49,028 bases of DNA, taken from the NCBI RefSeq assembly GCF_004010195.1, contig NC_057754.1:10860588-10909615 (forward strand). The letters run 5' to 3'. Origin of the DNA: Chiloscyllium plagiosum. Its lineage: Eukaryota. Below, piece after piece: positions 9,751-22,821 of this stretch. The notes beneath the pieces are model-generated. The model searched no databases. It was given only the letters and a program-made list of their open reading frames with translations, and was not told the origin of the DNA. Numbering within the stretch: the stretch's first letter is position 1; the number at the start of each line of letters is the position of its first letter. A program made the translations under genes and the position numbers.

Positions 9751-12700
9751 CATCCGGGAGTGATGAGCAAGGACTGCTAGGAACCACTTCTTTTAAAAAC
9801 TTATCTCGTGAATAGGTGGAGCGCACGCTGAGCAGGAGAGGACACAAGGCTGCTGAGTAAGTGTAGTAATATAGTTGGATGGTTGTGTTACCTGAAACAC
9901 GACTTAGGCAGTGTATCCCACCCATCCTCATCCTCTAACCACAAGATGAGTTCTGTGCACCAGATTGATAAGGTAACTATTTTTCTTTATTTTTCAACAG
10001 TCTCTTTGGGAATTTAGAATAATGGGAATGGATGTGCAGAATGTGGGAGGTAAGAGTCACCACTAGTGTCTCTGCTAACTTCATCTGTGGGAAGTGCACC
10101 CAATTCTAGCTCATTGAAAACTGCGTTAGGGAGCTGCAGCTGGATGAACTTCGGATCATTTGGGAGGCAGAGGGGTTATCAAGAGGAGTTACGGGGAGAC
10201 AGTCACACCTCAGGTATAAGCAAAAGGCAAATGGATTACAGTCAGGGGATGGAAAGGGAACCGGGAGACAGTGCAGGGAACCCCTGTGGCCATTCCCCTC
10301 AATAATAAGTGTACTGTATTGGGTACTGTTGAGGGGATGACTTACTGGGGTAAGCCATGGGCTACAGGTCTCCAATACAGAACCTGTTCCTGTTGCTCAG
10401 AAAGGAAGGGGGGAAGAGGAGCAGAGCATTAGTCACTGGTGACTCCATAGTTAGGGGGACAGATAGGAGGTTTTGTGTTGCCTCCCAGGTGCCAGGATTC
10501 ATGATGTCTCGGATCATGTTTTTGGGATCCTTGAGGGGGAGGGGGAGCAGTCACAAGTTATGATCCACATGGGTACTAACGACATAGATAAGAAAAGGGA
10601 TGGGTATGTAAGGCAGAAATTCAGGGAGCTAGGGTGGAAGCTTAGAGCTAGAACAAATAGAGTTATCATCTCTGGTTTGTTGCCTGTGCCACATCCTAGT
10701 GAGGCGAGGAGTAGGGAGAGGGAGGAATTGAACTTGTGGCTGTAGAGACGGTGGAGGATGATGGGTTTTGGATAACAATAACTGAGACTCGTTCTGGGGT
10801 AGGTGGCACCTCTACAAACAGATGGTCTACAACTGAACCAGAGGGGCACCAATACCCTGGGGGATTTGCTAATGCTTTTTGGGAGGGTTTAAACTAATTC
10901 AGCAGGGGCATGGAACCTAAATTGTGGTTCCAGAGTCCAGGAGATTGAGTGTAGAGAGGTCAGAAGTAAGGTTTCAAAATCACAAGAGTGCACCAATAAG
11001 TATGAAGGTGGTTTGAAGTGTGTCTACTTCAACACCAGGAGCATCCAGAGTAAGGTGAGTGAGCTTGCAGCATGGGTTGGTACCCAGGACTTCGATGTTG
11101 TTGCCATTTTGGCGACATGGATACAGCAGGGACAAGAATGGTTGTGGCAGGTTCCGGGATTAGATAGTTCAGTAAGAACAGAAAAGATGGTAAAAGAGGG
11201 GGAGGTGTGGCATTGTTCGTCAAGGACAGCATTACGATAGCAGAATGGATGTCTGAGGACTCGTCTACTGAGGTAGTACGAGCTGAGGTTAGAAACTGGA
11301 AAGGACAGGTCACCCTGTTGGGAGTTTTCTAAAGGCCTCTGAATCGTTCCAGAGATTAGAGGAAAGGATAGCAAAAAATGACTCTGGATAGGAGTGAGAG
11401 TAACTGGATATTTGCTATGGAGGATTTGAACTTTCCAAATATTGACTGGAAATAGATAGTTGATTACTTTAGATGAGTCAGTTTTTGTCAAATGTGTGCA
11501 GGAGGGTTTCCTGACACAGTATGGAGACAGGCCAACAAGGGGCGAGACCACATTGGATTTGGTACTGGGTAATGAACCCGGCCAGGTGTTGGATTTGGAG
11601 GTAGGTGAGCACTTTGGTGGTGGTGACCACAACTCGGATATGTTTAGCTTAGTGATGGAAAGGAATAGGTATATACCACAGGCCAGGAATTAGTTGGTGG
11701 AAAGGCAATTATGATGCGATTAGGCAAGGTTTTGGATGCATAGGATGGGGAAGTAAACTGCAGGAAATAGGCACAATTAAAATGTGGAGCTTATTCAAAT
11801 AACAGCTACTGCATGTCCTTGATAAGTATGTACCTGTCAGGCTGGGAAGTAGGGGTCGAGCAAGGGAGCTGTGGTTTACTAAAAATGTTGAATCTCTTGT
11901 GAAGAGGAAGAAGGCGGCTTATGTTAGGATGAAATGTGAAGCCTCAGTTGGAGCACTTGAAAGTTACGAGTTAGCGAGGAAAGACTAAAGAGAGAGCTAA
12001 GAAGAGCCAGGAGGCTACATAAGAAGTCATTGGCAGATAGGGTCAAAGAAAACCCTGAAACTTTCTATCGGTATATCAGGAATATAAGAATGACAAGAGT
12101 AAGATTAGGGCCAATCAAGGATAGTAGTGGTAAGTTGTACGTGAAGTCCGAGGAGATAGGGAAAGTGCTAAAAGAATATTTCCCATTAGCATTCACACTG
12201 GAAAAAGACACTGTTGTTGAGGAGAATACGGAGATACAGGCTACTAGACTAGACGGGATTGAGGCTCACATGGAGGAGGTGTTAGCAACTCCAGGAAGTG
12301 TGAAAATAGATAAGTCCCCTCGGCTGGCTGGGATTTACCCTAGGATTCTCTGGGAAGTCATGGAGAAGATTGCAGAGCCTTTGGCTTTGATCTTTATTGT
12401 CTCCACAAATAGTGCCAGAATACTGCAGGATAGCAAATGTGTCCCCTTGTTCAAGGAGGGGAGTAGTGACAACCCTTGTAAGAATAGACCAGTAAGCCTC
12501 ACTTCGGTTGTGGTTAAAGTGTTTGAAAAGGACTATAAGAGATAGGATTTATGATCATCTAGAGAAAAATAAGTGGATTAGGGATAGACAACATGGTTTT
12601 CTGAAGGGTAGGCCGTGCCTCACAAATCTTATTGAGTTCTTTGAGAAGGTGACCAAACAGGTGGATAAGGCCTTTGACATGGTGTGTATGGATTTCATTA

Positions 12701-13817
12701 AAGCGTTTGATAAGGTTTCCCTTGGTACGCTACTGCACAAAATATGGACTCATGGGATTGAGGGTGATTTACAGGTTTGGATCAAAAGTTGGTGAGCTGA
12801 AAGAAAACAAAGGCTGGTGGTTGATAGGAAATGTTCATCCTGAAGTTCAGTTACAAGTGGTGTACCGCAAGGATCTGTTTTGTGACATTGCTGTTTGTCA
12901 TTTTTATAAATGACCTGGACGAGGATGTAGAAGGATGGGTTAGTAAATTTGTGGATGACACCAAGGTAAGTGGAGTTGTGGATAGTGCTGAAGGATGTTG
13001 CAGGTTTCAGAGGGACATATTAAGCTGCAGAACTGGGCTGAGGGGTGGCAAATGGAATTTAATGTGGAAAAATGAGAGGTGATTCACTTTGGAAAAAACA
13101 ACAGGAATAAAGCGTCTTGGGCTAATGATAAGATTCTTGGTAATGTAGATGAACAGAGAAATCTTGCTGTCCATGTACATAGATCCCTGAAAGTTGCCAC
13201 CCAGCTTGATAGGGTTGTTAAGAAGGCATACTGTGTATTAGCTTTTATTGGCAGAAGGACTGAGTTTCGGAGCCATGAGGTCACGCTGCAGCTGTACAAA
13301 ACTCTGGTGCAGCCGCACTTAGAGTATTGCATACAGTTCTGGTCACCGCATTATAGGAAGGATGTGGAAGCTTTGGCAAGGGTTCAGAGGAAATTTACTT
13401 GGATGTTGCCTGGTACAGAGGGATGGTCTTATGAGAAAAGGTTGAGAGACTTGAGGCTGTTTTCATTAGAGAGGAGAGTTGAGAGGTGACTTCATAGAGA
13501 CATACAAAATGATCAGAGGATTAGGTAGGATGGACAGTGAGAGCCTTTTTCCTCAGATAGTGACAGTTGGCATGAGGCGAGATAACTTTAAATTGAGGGG
13601 TGACAGATATAGGACAAATGTCAGAGGTAGTTTTTTTACTCAGAGTAGTAGCTTGCAGCAGTACCAACCTTGCCAACTTTAAGGGCATTTAAATAGTCAC
13701 TGGATAAACATATGGATGAAAATGGAATAGTGTAGGTTGATGGGCTTCAGATTGGGTCTACAGGTTGACACAACATCGAGGGCCGAAGGGCCTATACTGC
13801 GCTATTCTATTCTATGT
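9751..13817 (+). mobile_element. Near full-length CR1 LINE: ORF1 with SGNH-esterase, ORF2 with APE endonuclease and RT, decayed
   Basis: ORF1 motifs LVTGDSIVRG, CLPGARIHDV and IHMGTND. ORF2 motifs KCVYFNTRSI, RPTRGETTLDLVL, DHN, CMDFIKAFDKV, FVDDTKV and HLEYCIQFWSP. (TTCTA)n tail. Confidence 0.93.
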
Positions 13818-14950
13818 TAGCAAAGGAGAGAATCACAACAATAGCTCAGCACTTAAATTTCCTGGAAATGCCATGGAATCTTTGGAGATGGCTAAAATTC
13901 AATTGAAAATGAAGTATCATGATGTGGAGGCAAAGAAAAAAGAGAGAAATTAAATTTTTTGAATTACGATTAAAAGCAAGAGAAAAAGAATGAAAGACCC
14001 TTGTAGAACAAAAAGGACAGAATTGCTTTAGCAGGACAAAAAGAAAAAGAGAGAAAGAAGAGAGAGAGGAAAGGAAGAAAGAGAGAGAGTTTGAACTTCA
14101 TAAATTGGCACTTGAATAGGAAGATTGGCTTAAGAGGATAGAGATGAAGGCTGAAGGTAAGCTCAGTGAGGATGAGCAAACTCATGGTAGCCAAAGAGCT
14201 GGTGGCGATCTGTTTAAATATTTTCAAGTATTGTCTAAACCTAATGAGAAGGATGTAGAAGCCTTTTTCATCTCATTGGAGTAGGTGGCTAAACAAATGC
14301 AGTGACCAGTGACTACCTGGGTTTTGTTGATCCAAAGAAAACTTGTAGTTAGAGCTAGTGAGGTATTTGCATCACTATCATAAGATGTATCTGGGACTTA
14401 TGAGAAGGTGAAGAAAGCCATTTTAACTGCCTGTGAGCATGTGCCAGAAACCTGCAGTGTTTCAGGAATCTACGAGGGACCCTGGTCAAACCTGCATTGG
14501 GTTTGAAAGGATCAAACAAAGTAATTTTGATAGGTGGATAGGGGCATTAAAAATATAGCAAACCTATGATGCTCATAGATAGACGACTATTTTCGAGGGG
14601 TTCAAAAATTCAGTTCCTGAGGTAATGAGAACTCAATGTGGAAGAGCAGAGTATTAAAGTGGCAAGATTAGTAGCGGAAACCGCTGATGATTATGACTTG
14701 GCCCATAAATCAAAATTTGGCTTCCAACATCAATTTCAATCAGTGAGAGATAGACATTGGGGAAAAGAGAAATCCTCATGTGGAAAGGTAAAGATAAATT
14801 TTGGTGAAGATCATAAGGATAACTTACCACAGGGTAAAAAGGAAACTCATGAAGGAGAAAGAGAAGTTAACAAGCGTTGGTGTTTTCACTGCAATGAAAT
14901 AGGCCACAGTGTTAGTGTGCTAGAAAAAGCACTGGGGAGACAGATGTAGG
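13818..14950 (+). pseudogene. gag: coiled coil, SCAN-related capsid domain and CCHC knuckle
   Basis: EKDVEAFFISLE*VAKQMQ*P..WVLLIQ..LV.RASEVFASLS...YEKVKKAILTA.E.VPE; FKNSVPEVMR; AETADDY; CFHCNEIGH at 14881. Confidence 0.8.
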
Positions 14951-16102
14951 ATAACAGGATGAGCCAGTGAATTTTGTTGGAGTGGTAACGAAAAGCACAG
15001 TGGAGGCTGGAAAGCTGCACCAGAATATTCAACCTGATCGGAGGTTGGTTAAAGAGAAAGAGCCAAATTTTTTTAAACCATATACCTGCGAAGGTAAAGT
15101 TTACTCGTATAGGCCAGCAGCAGCAGGTAAAGAGGTTACAATATTAAGAGATACAAGATCCTCTCAATCTTTGATGTTGACAGATGATGGGATATGTACC
15201 TCTGAAGGACTATTGTCAGAAAAAGTGCTAGTAAGGGAATTCACGGTGAGACATGAAGCACTCAATTACAGAGGGTGAGGTTAACGTGTGCAGTGAAGAA
15301 TGGAGAAGTCGTGGTAGGAGTACTGGACAAACTCTCAGCTCCAGCTAACGATTTAACTGGTTCACAGGTAGGAGTGCTGCCCACTGTGGTTGAAAAGCCA
15401 GTGGAAACTCAGGCAACTGAAGTATGACAGAAAGCATATCCTGACTGTGTGGTAACGAAGTCACAAAGTCACTAGTTGAAACAGGAGAGATCAAAGAGTA
15501 CAGATAAGAAAGTTGACGTGGAACAAGCAGACACCCTGTTCGATCAAATGGTTGAGACAAACCAGGAGCAGGAGGAAGACAAAGCAGACATCTTTAGTTC
15601 AGAGAAATTAACTGAGTTGCAGGAGAAAGAAGGGAAACTACAGCAATTGTATCAAAAAGCATACACGGAAGGAGAATCTAGATATATCTCAGTGTGCTAC
15701 TATCTTAAAAATGATGTCTTAATGAGAAAATGGAGACCATCACGTCTTCACTCAGATGAGAAATGGGTAGACATTCATCAAGTTGTATTGCCAATGGGTT
15801 ATAAAAAGGAGGTGTTGCAGATAGCACACGGACTACCAGTAAGAGGTCATTGGAGGGTAAGAAAAACTCAAACTAAAATATGAAAACATTTTTACTGGCC
15901 TGGACTGCACAAGGATATAGTTGAATTTTGCCACACATCTCATACATGACAGGTAATTGGAAAACCACAGGCAGTAATAAAACCTGCACCTTTAATACCT
16001 ATTCCTGCATTTGGGGGACATTCTACAAAGTCTTAATTGATCGCATAGGACCCCTACCTAAAATAAAACAATAATGGATGTGTCCACTAGATTTCCAAAG
16101 GC

Positions 16103-16452
16103 CAGGGGTGGCATGGTGGCTCAGTGGTTAGCACTACTGCCTCACAGAGCCAGGGACCTAGGTTCGATTCCAGCCTTGGGTGACTGCCTGTGGGGAGTAT
16201 ACACATTCTCTCCGTGTCTGCGTGGGTTTCCTCCGGGTGTTCCGGTTTTCTCCCACAATCCAAAGATAAGCTGGTTAGGTGAATTGGCTATGCTAAATTG
16301 CCCATAGTGTTCAGGGATGTAGGTTAGATGCAATAATCAGGGGTAAACCTAGGATAACAGGGGATTGGGCCTGGGTGGGTTACACTTTGGAGGGTCGGTG
16401 TGGACTTGTTGGGCCGAAGGGCCTGTGTCTACACTGTAGAGATTCTATGACT
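16103..16452 (+). mobile_element. HE1-type SINE inside the integrase
   Basis: GGTGGCTCAGTGGTTAGCACT A box, GGTTCGATTCC B box, tail GATTCTATGA. Confidence 0.92.
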
Positions 16453-18425
16453 CTTCAAGAACCAAAGTAGGGATTCTATTCCATTACACAATATCACAGC
16501 TAAAAGGATTGTAGGGGAGGTACTCAACTTTTTCACGAGATATGGACTTTGCACAGAGATACAAAGAGATCAAGAGTCAATCTTTACGTCAAAATCATGA
16601 AAGGAAGTTATAGACACCTTAGTAATAAATCAATTCAAATCTACCGCATGCCATCCAGAATCACAGTGAGTACTCGAAAGGTGGCATCAGATATTAAAGA
16701 CCATGTTAAGGGCTTATAGTCAAGACTATCCAGATGATTGGGTTAAAGGACTTCAGTTTGTACTTACTGCTATCAGAGAAGCACCAAATGAATCAACCAA
16801 ATTCAGTCCATCAATCCAAATTAGTTTTTGGGCATGAAGCGAGAGGACCGTTAAAATTGATTAGGGAGAAATTGGTAAGTCATAATTCAGAGACCACACA
16901 GTTTTACTGTGTGTTAAACTTTAGGGAACAGTTAAATAAAGTGGGGGAATTGGCTATACAGCATTTAAAAGTATCACAGCATACACTGAAACAGGAAGCT
17001 GACAAGAAATCAAACACTCGCTTAGTTACTTCTAGTGGTAGGTGAACCTTTAAAATCAAGGTTTAGTAGACCTCACCAAGTCAAAAGAAGGTTGAGTGAG
17101 TTGAACTATTTGATAAGGACTCCAGACAGAAATAAATCTCACAGAATGTGTTGTGTGAATATGCTCAAAAAGGTACTTTGACAGGGAAGGAAAGTTAAAG
17201 GAGGTTGTGTTATTGGTTACAACACAGAGGGAAGAACCAAGTTCAGAGTATTCTGAATTTGACATTACTCAAAAGAAATTGGACAATGTGGAAGTTATCA
17301 AAAGTTGGGATAAATTATTGAGCTACCTTCCTGAGGAAAATCAAAATGACCTGAAAGTGTTATTACTATCACATGGCGAGATATGTGGAAATAACCTGGG
17401 AAGTACTAACTTAATTGTGCATGACATAGATATAGGACATGCCAATCTGAATAAGCTACATCATTTTGGGCTTAAACCCCTGAAATTTGCACAGGTTCAA
17501 AAGGAGATTGAACACATGCTCCAAGATGACAGATTTAAAGTCAGCTGCAGTGACTGAAACTCACCAATAATAATGGTGCCAAAACCAGATGGTACCCAAT
17601 GGCAATGTGTGGACTATCACAAAGTTAATGCAGTCACAGATACAGATTCGTATCTGATTCATGTTTGGAAGACTGTGTTGAAAAGGTGGGACAAGCAACT
17701 TGTATTACTGAGTTGGACTTACTCAACGATACTCGCAGGTACCTTTGTCTGAAAGAGCAAAGTCAATTTTGGTTTCGTAACGCCGAATGGACTCTGATCA
17801 GTTTAAAGCCATGCCATTTGATATGAAAAATGTGGCAGTTTCATTTCAAAGTCTAACCAATAAGGTCATTTCTAGTTTACCCAATTTTAAATATTGGTGA
17901 TTTTTAATCACACATGGAAGGAACATTTTTCAGAATTGTTCAATCGACTGCTGAAGAGTGACTTTGCCAAAGCCGAAGTTACCTTCCTGGGTCATGTTGT
18001 TGGACGTGGTTCACGGGATGCAAAAACAAAGGTAATTGGGAGTTTCCTATACCATCGACAAAAAGAGCAGGACTACGATTTCTTGGATTCAATTAATTTT
18101 ATCAAGTGGCTGCTTTGCTCACTGAATTACTGAAGATAGGTAAGATGCTTCAGTGGAGAGTGGTCTACGAAAAGGCATTTGACAGCCTGAAAACTGTTAA
18201 CCACTGCCACAATGTTAGCCCCACCTAATTACGTGAAGCTATTCAAGGTGGCTATTATGCGGCTGTCAGTGCTGTGCTCTTCCATGAGGATGACGTGAAG
18301 ATAGAAAGACCTATCGGGTATCTCTCCAGGAAATTGAACATTCATCAGCAGAAGTATTCAACAGTTGAGAAGGAGACTTTGAGCTTGGTGTTGGCATCAC
18401 AACATTTCAATGTTAATGTTACCAG

Positions 18426-19122
18426 AGAGACCTTGGAGTGCAAGTTCATAGCTCCTTGAAAGTGGAGTCGCAGGTAGATAGGATAGTGAAGAAAGTGTTT
18501 GGTATGCTTTCCTTTATTGGTCAGAGTACTGAGTACAGGAGTTGGAGGTCATGTTGCAGCTGTACAGGTCATTGGTTAGACCACTGTTGGAATATTGTGT
18601 ACAGTTCTGGTCTCCCTCCTATCGGAAAGATGTTGTGAAACTTGAAAGGGTTCAGAAAAGATTTACAAGGATGTTGCCAGGGTTGGAGGATTTGAGCTAT
18701 AGGGAGAGGTTGAATAGGCTGGGGCTGTTTTCTCTGGAGCTGAGGGGTGACTTAATAGAGGTTTATAAAATCATGAGGGGCATGGATTGGATAAATAGAC
18801 AAAGTCTCTTCTCTGGGGTGGTGGAGTCCAGAACGAGAGGTCATGCGTTTAGGGTGAGAGGGGAAAGATATGAAAGAGACCTAAGGGGCAACTTTTTCAC
18901 GCAGAGGGTGGTACGTGTATGGAATGAGCTGCCAGAGGGAATGATGGAGGCTAGTACAATTGCAACATTTAAAAGGCATCTGGATGGATATATGGACAGG
19001 AAGGGTTTGGATAGATATGGGCCCGGAGCTGGCAAGTGGGACTAGATTGGGTTGGCATATCTGGTCGGCATGGATGAGTTGGATCGAAGGGTCTGTTCCA
19101 TGCTGTACATCTCTATGACTAT
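18426..19122 (+). mobile_element. CR1 3' fragment inside RNaseH
   Basis: ORF 18542-19045 LLEYCVQFWSPSYRKDVVKLERVQKRFTRMLPG; ACCAG on both flanks (possible TSD). Confidence 0.92.
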
Positions 19123-19488
19123 GACCAGGAATATCTGAGACAATCGTATACTCTGATCATAACCCATTGAAGTTTGTGTGGAAATTTAAGGACAAAAATA
19201 CCAGACTGTTTTTATGGCACTTGTTATTACAGCCATTCAATTTGAAAATTGTGTATATGGCAGGATGAGAAAATGTGATTGCCGATGCGTTGTCCAAACT
19301 TAGATGCAAACCGGAGGTTTTTGGTGGCAGGATTAAATGGACTGAAATAGAATGTAGTACTGCATGTTTGCATGATTATAGTCAATGTATATGTACTGTG
19401 GTGTACTAACAATGTAAGATTAAGCAATTTTAAAATGAAGCCATCTTTGGATATTGATCAGTCATTCTTTTTTTTAAAAAGGGGGAGA

Positions 19489-19652
19489 TGTGATGATGCT
19501 GCCCCTTTAAAAGAAGTTATTCTGTCCTTGGTTTTTTTTGAGAAGGATCGTAAAGGCACAGGTGCCAATATATCTGGAAATATCTACTTGAAACGGCTAT
19601 TAGTTATTTTTAAAAACACTTGTACAATGAAAGGGGAGTAGCCAGTTCTCTC
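19489..19652 (+). repeat. 3' LTR, first part, after the PPT at 19476-19488
   Basis: TGTGATGATGCTGCCCCTTTAA...GTTATTCTGTCCTTGG aligns to 8930-9095. Confidence 0.85.
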
Positions 19653-19990
19653 AGAGATGTACAGCATGGAAACAGACCCATCGGTCCAACCCGTCCATGC
19701 TGACCAGATATCCCAACCCAATCTAGTCCCACCTGCCAGCACCCAGCCCATATCCCTCCAAACCCTTCCTATTCATATACCCATCCAAATGCCTCTTAAA
19801 TGCTGCAATTGTACCAGCCTCCACCACATTCTCTGGCAGCTCATTTCACACAAGGACCACCTTCTGTGTGAAAACGTTGCCCCGTAGGTGTCTTTTATAT
19901 CTTTCCTCCTCACCGTAAACTTATGGTCCTCTAGTTCTGGACTCCTTGACCCCAGGAAAAAGACTTTGTCTATTTACCTTATCCGTGCCC
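19653..19990 (-). mobile_element. CR1 3'-tail fragment inserted in the 3' LTR
   Basis: Reverse complement of the CR1 tail at 18790-19115. Confidence 0.9.
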
Positions 19991-20170
19991 CACAGAAGAA
20001 AACTGAATTTCAAGTAAATTAACTATTTGAAGACCCAGCCAACACGAAAATGCAACTTAACGAAGAGCTGGTGCAATTTCCTGCAACATCAGACAGAGAA
20101 AGAGAGAGAGAGAGATCCGACAGAGAGAGAGAGAGAGAGATCCGACACAGAGAGAGAGAGAGAGAGATCC

Positions 20171-22821
20171 GATATCACAGAGAGAGAGATATCACAGAGA
20201 GAGAGATATCACAGAGAGAGAGATATCACAGAGAGAGAGATATCACAGAGAGAGAGATATCACAGAGAGAGAGATATCACAGAGAGAGAGATATCACAGA
20301 GAGAGAGATATCACAGAGAGAGAGATATCACAGAGAGAGAGATATCACAGAGAGAGAGATATCACAGAGAGAGAGATATCACAGAGAGAGAGATATCACA
20401 GAGAGAGAGATATCACAGAGAGAGAGATATCACAGAGAGAGAGATATCACAGAGAGAGAGATATCACAGAGAGAGAGATATCACAGAGAGAGAGATATCA
20501 CAGAGAGAGAGATATCACAGAGAGAGAGATATCACAGAGAGAGAGATATCACAGAGAGAGAGATATCACAGAGAGAGAGATATCACAGAGAGAGAGATAT
20601 CACAGAGAGAGAGATATCACAGAGAGAGAGATATCACAGAGAGAGAGATATCACAGAGAGAGAGATATCACAGAGAGAGAGATATCACAGAGAGAGAGAT
20701 ATCACAGAGAGAGAGATATCACAGAGAGAGAGATATCACAGAGAGAGAGATATCACAGAGAGAGAGATATCACAGAGAGAGAGATATCACAGAGAGAGAG
20801 ATATCACAGAGAGAGAGATATCACAGAGAGAGAGATATCACAGAGAGAGAGATATCACAGAGAGAGAGATATCACAGAGAGAGAGATATCACAGAGAGAG
20901 AGATATCACAGAGAGAGAGATATCACAGAGAGAGAGATATCACAGAGAGAGAGATATCACAGAGAGAGAGATATCACAGAGAGAGAGATATCACAGAGAG
21001 AGAGATATCACAGAGAGAGAGATATCACAGAGAGAGAGATATCACAGAGAGAGAGATATCACAGAGAGAGAGATATCACAGAGAGAGAGATATCACAGAG
21101 AGAGAGATATCACAGAGAGAGAGATATCACAGAGAGAGAGATATCACAGAGAGAGAGATATCACAGAGAGAGAGATATCACAGAGAGAGAGATATCACAG
21201 AGAGAGAGATATCACAGAGAGAGAGATATCACAGAGAGAGAGATATCACAGAGAGAGAGATATCACAGAGAGAGAGATATCACAGAGAGAGAGATATCAC
21301 AGAGAGAGAGATATCACAGAGAGAGAGATATCACAGAGAGAGAGATATCACAGAGAGAGAGATATCACAGAGAGAGAGATATCACAGAGAGAGAGATATC
21401 ACAGAGAGAGAGATATCACAGAGAGAGAGATATCACAGAGAGAGAGATATCACAGAGAGAGAGATATCACAGAGAGAGAGATATCACAGAGAGAGAGATA
21501 TCACAGAGAGAGAGATATCACAGAGAGAGAGATATCACAGAGAGAGAGATATCACAGAGAGAGAGATATCACAGAGAGAGAGATATCACAGAGAGAGAGA
21601 TATCACAGAGAGAGAGATATCACAGAGAGAGAGATATCACAGAGAGAGAGATATCACAGAGAGAGAGATATCACAGAGAGAGAGATATCACAGAGAGAGA
21701 GATATCACAGAGAGAGAGATATCACAGAGAGAGAGATATCACAGAGAGAGAGATATCACAGAGAGAGAGATATCACAGAGAGAGAGATATCACAGAGAGA
21801 GAGATATCACAGAGAGAGAGATATCACAGAGAGAGAGATATCACAGAGAGAGAGATATCACAGAGAGAGAGATATCACAGAGAGAGAGATATCACAGAGA
21901 GAGAGATATCACAGAGAGAGAGATATCACAGAGAGAGAGATATCACAGAGAGAGAGATATCACAGAGAGAGAGATATCACAGAGAGAGAGATATCACAGA
22001 GAGAGAGATATCACAGAGAGAGAGATATCACAGAGAGAGAGATATCACAGAGAGAGAGATATCACAGAGAGAGAGATATCACAGAGAGAGAGATATCACA
22101 GAGAGAGAGATATCACAGAGAGAGAGATATCACAGAGAGAGAGATATCACAGAGAGAGAGATATCACAGAGAGAGAGATATCACAGAGAGAGAGATATCA
22201 CAGAGAGAGAGATATCACAGAGAGAGAGATATCACAGAGAGAGAGATATCACAGAGAGAGAGATATCACAGAGAGAGAGATATCACAGAGAGAGAGATAT
22301 CACAGAGAGAGAGATATCACAGAGAGAGAGATATCACAGAGAGAGAGATATCACAGAGAGAGAGATATCACAGAGAGAGAGATATCACAGAGAGAGAGAT
22401 ATCACAGAGAGAGAGATATCACAGAGAGAGAGATATCACAGAGAGAGAGATATCACAGAGAGAGAGATATCACAGAGAGAGAGATATCACAGAGAGAGAG
22501 ATATCACAGAGAGAGAGATATCACAGAGAGAGAGATATCACAGAGAGAGAGATATCACAGAGAGAGAGATATCACAGAGAGAGAGATATCACAGAGAGAG
22601 AGATATCACAGAGAGAGAGATATCACAGAGAGAGAGATATCACAGAGAGAGAGATATCACAGAGAGAGAGATATCACAGAGAGAGAGATATCACAGAGAG
22701 AGAGATATCACAGAGAGAGAGATATCACAGAGAGAGAGATATCACAGAGAGAGAGATATCACAGAGAGAGAGATATCACAGAGAGAGAGATATCACAGAG
22801 AGAGAGATATCACAGAGAGAG
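20171..22821 (+). repeat. Tandem array of the 17-bp unit GATATCACAGAGAGAGA, 156 copies in exact register
   Basis: GATATC runs from 20171 to 22806 = 155 x 17 bp; degenerate units at 20092-20170 and 22822-22970. Confidence 0.97.

Larger units (their letters stand above)
14960..19300 (+). pseudogene. pol in the order protease, integrase, RT, RNaseH (stops and frameshifts)
   Basis: Protease ILRDTRSSQS (~15140). Integrase AHGLPVRGH..FYWPGLHKDIVEFC, HPESQ*VLERWHQILKTML and LVFGHEARGPL (15700-17200). RT SPIIMVPKPDG..CVDYHKVN and FKAMPF (17550-18050). RNaseH RPIGYLSRKL..YSTVEKETL..DHNPL..NVIADALS. Confidence 0.88.

Noticed and set aside
11024..11632. 202-aa minus-strand ORF
   Set aside because: Antisense shadow of the CR1 endonuclease region; a similar shadow occurs at 40547-40828
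16103..16180. tRNA genes at the SINE heads (also 3277, 30228, 38590-38667, 43500-43580)
   Set aside because: The A/B boxes continue into SINE body and LINE-like tail; no complete cloverleaf is evident
20171..22821. CRISPR-like or telomeric array
   Set aside because: The units are contiguous with no unique spacers, no cas genes are present, the context is eukaryotic, and the unit is not TTAGGG
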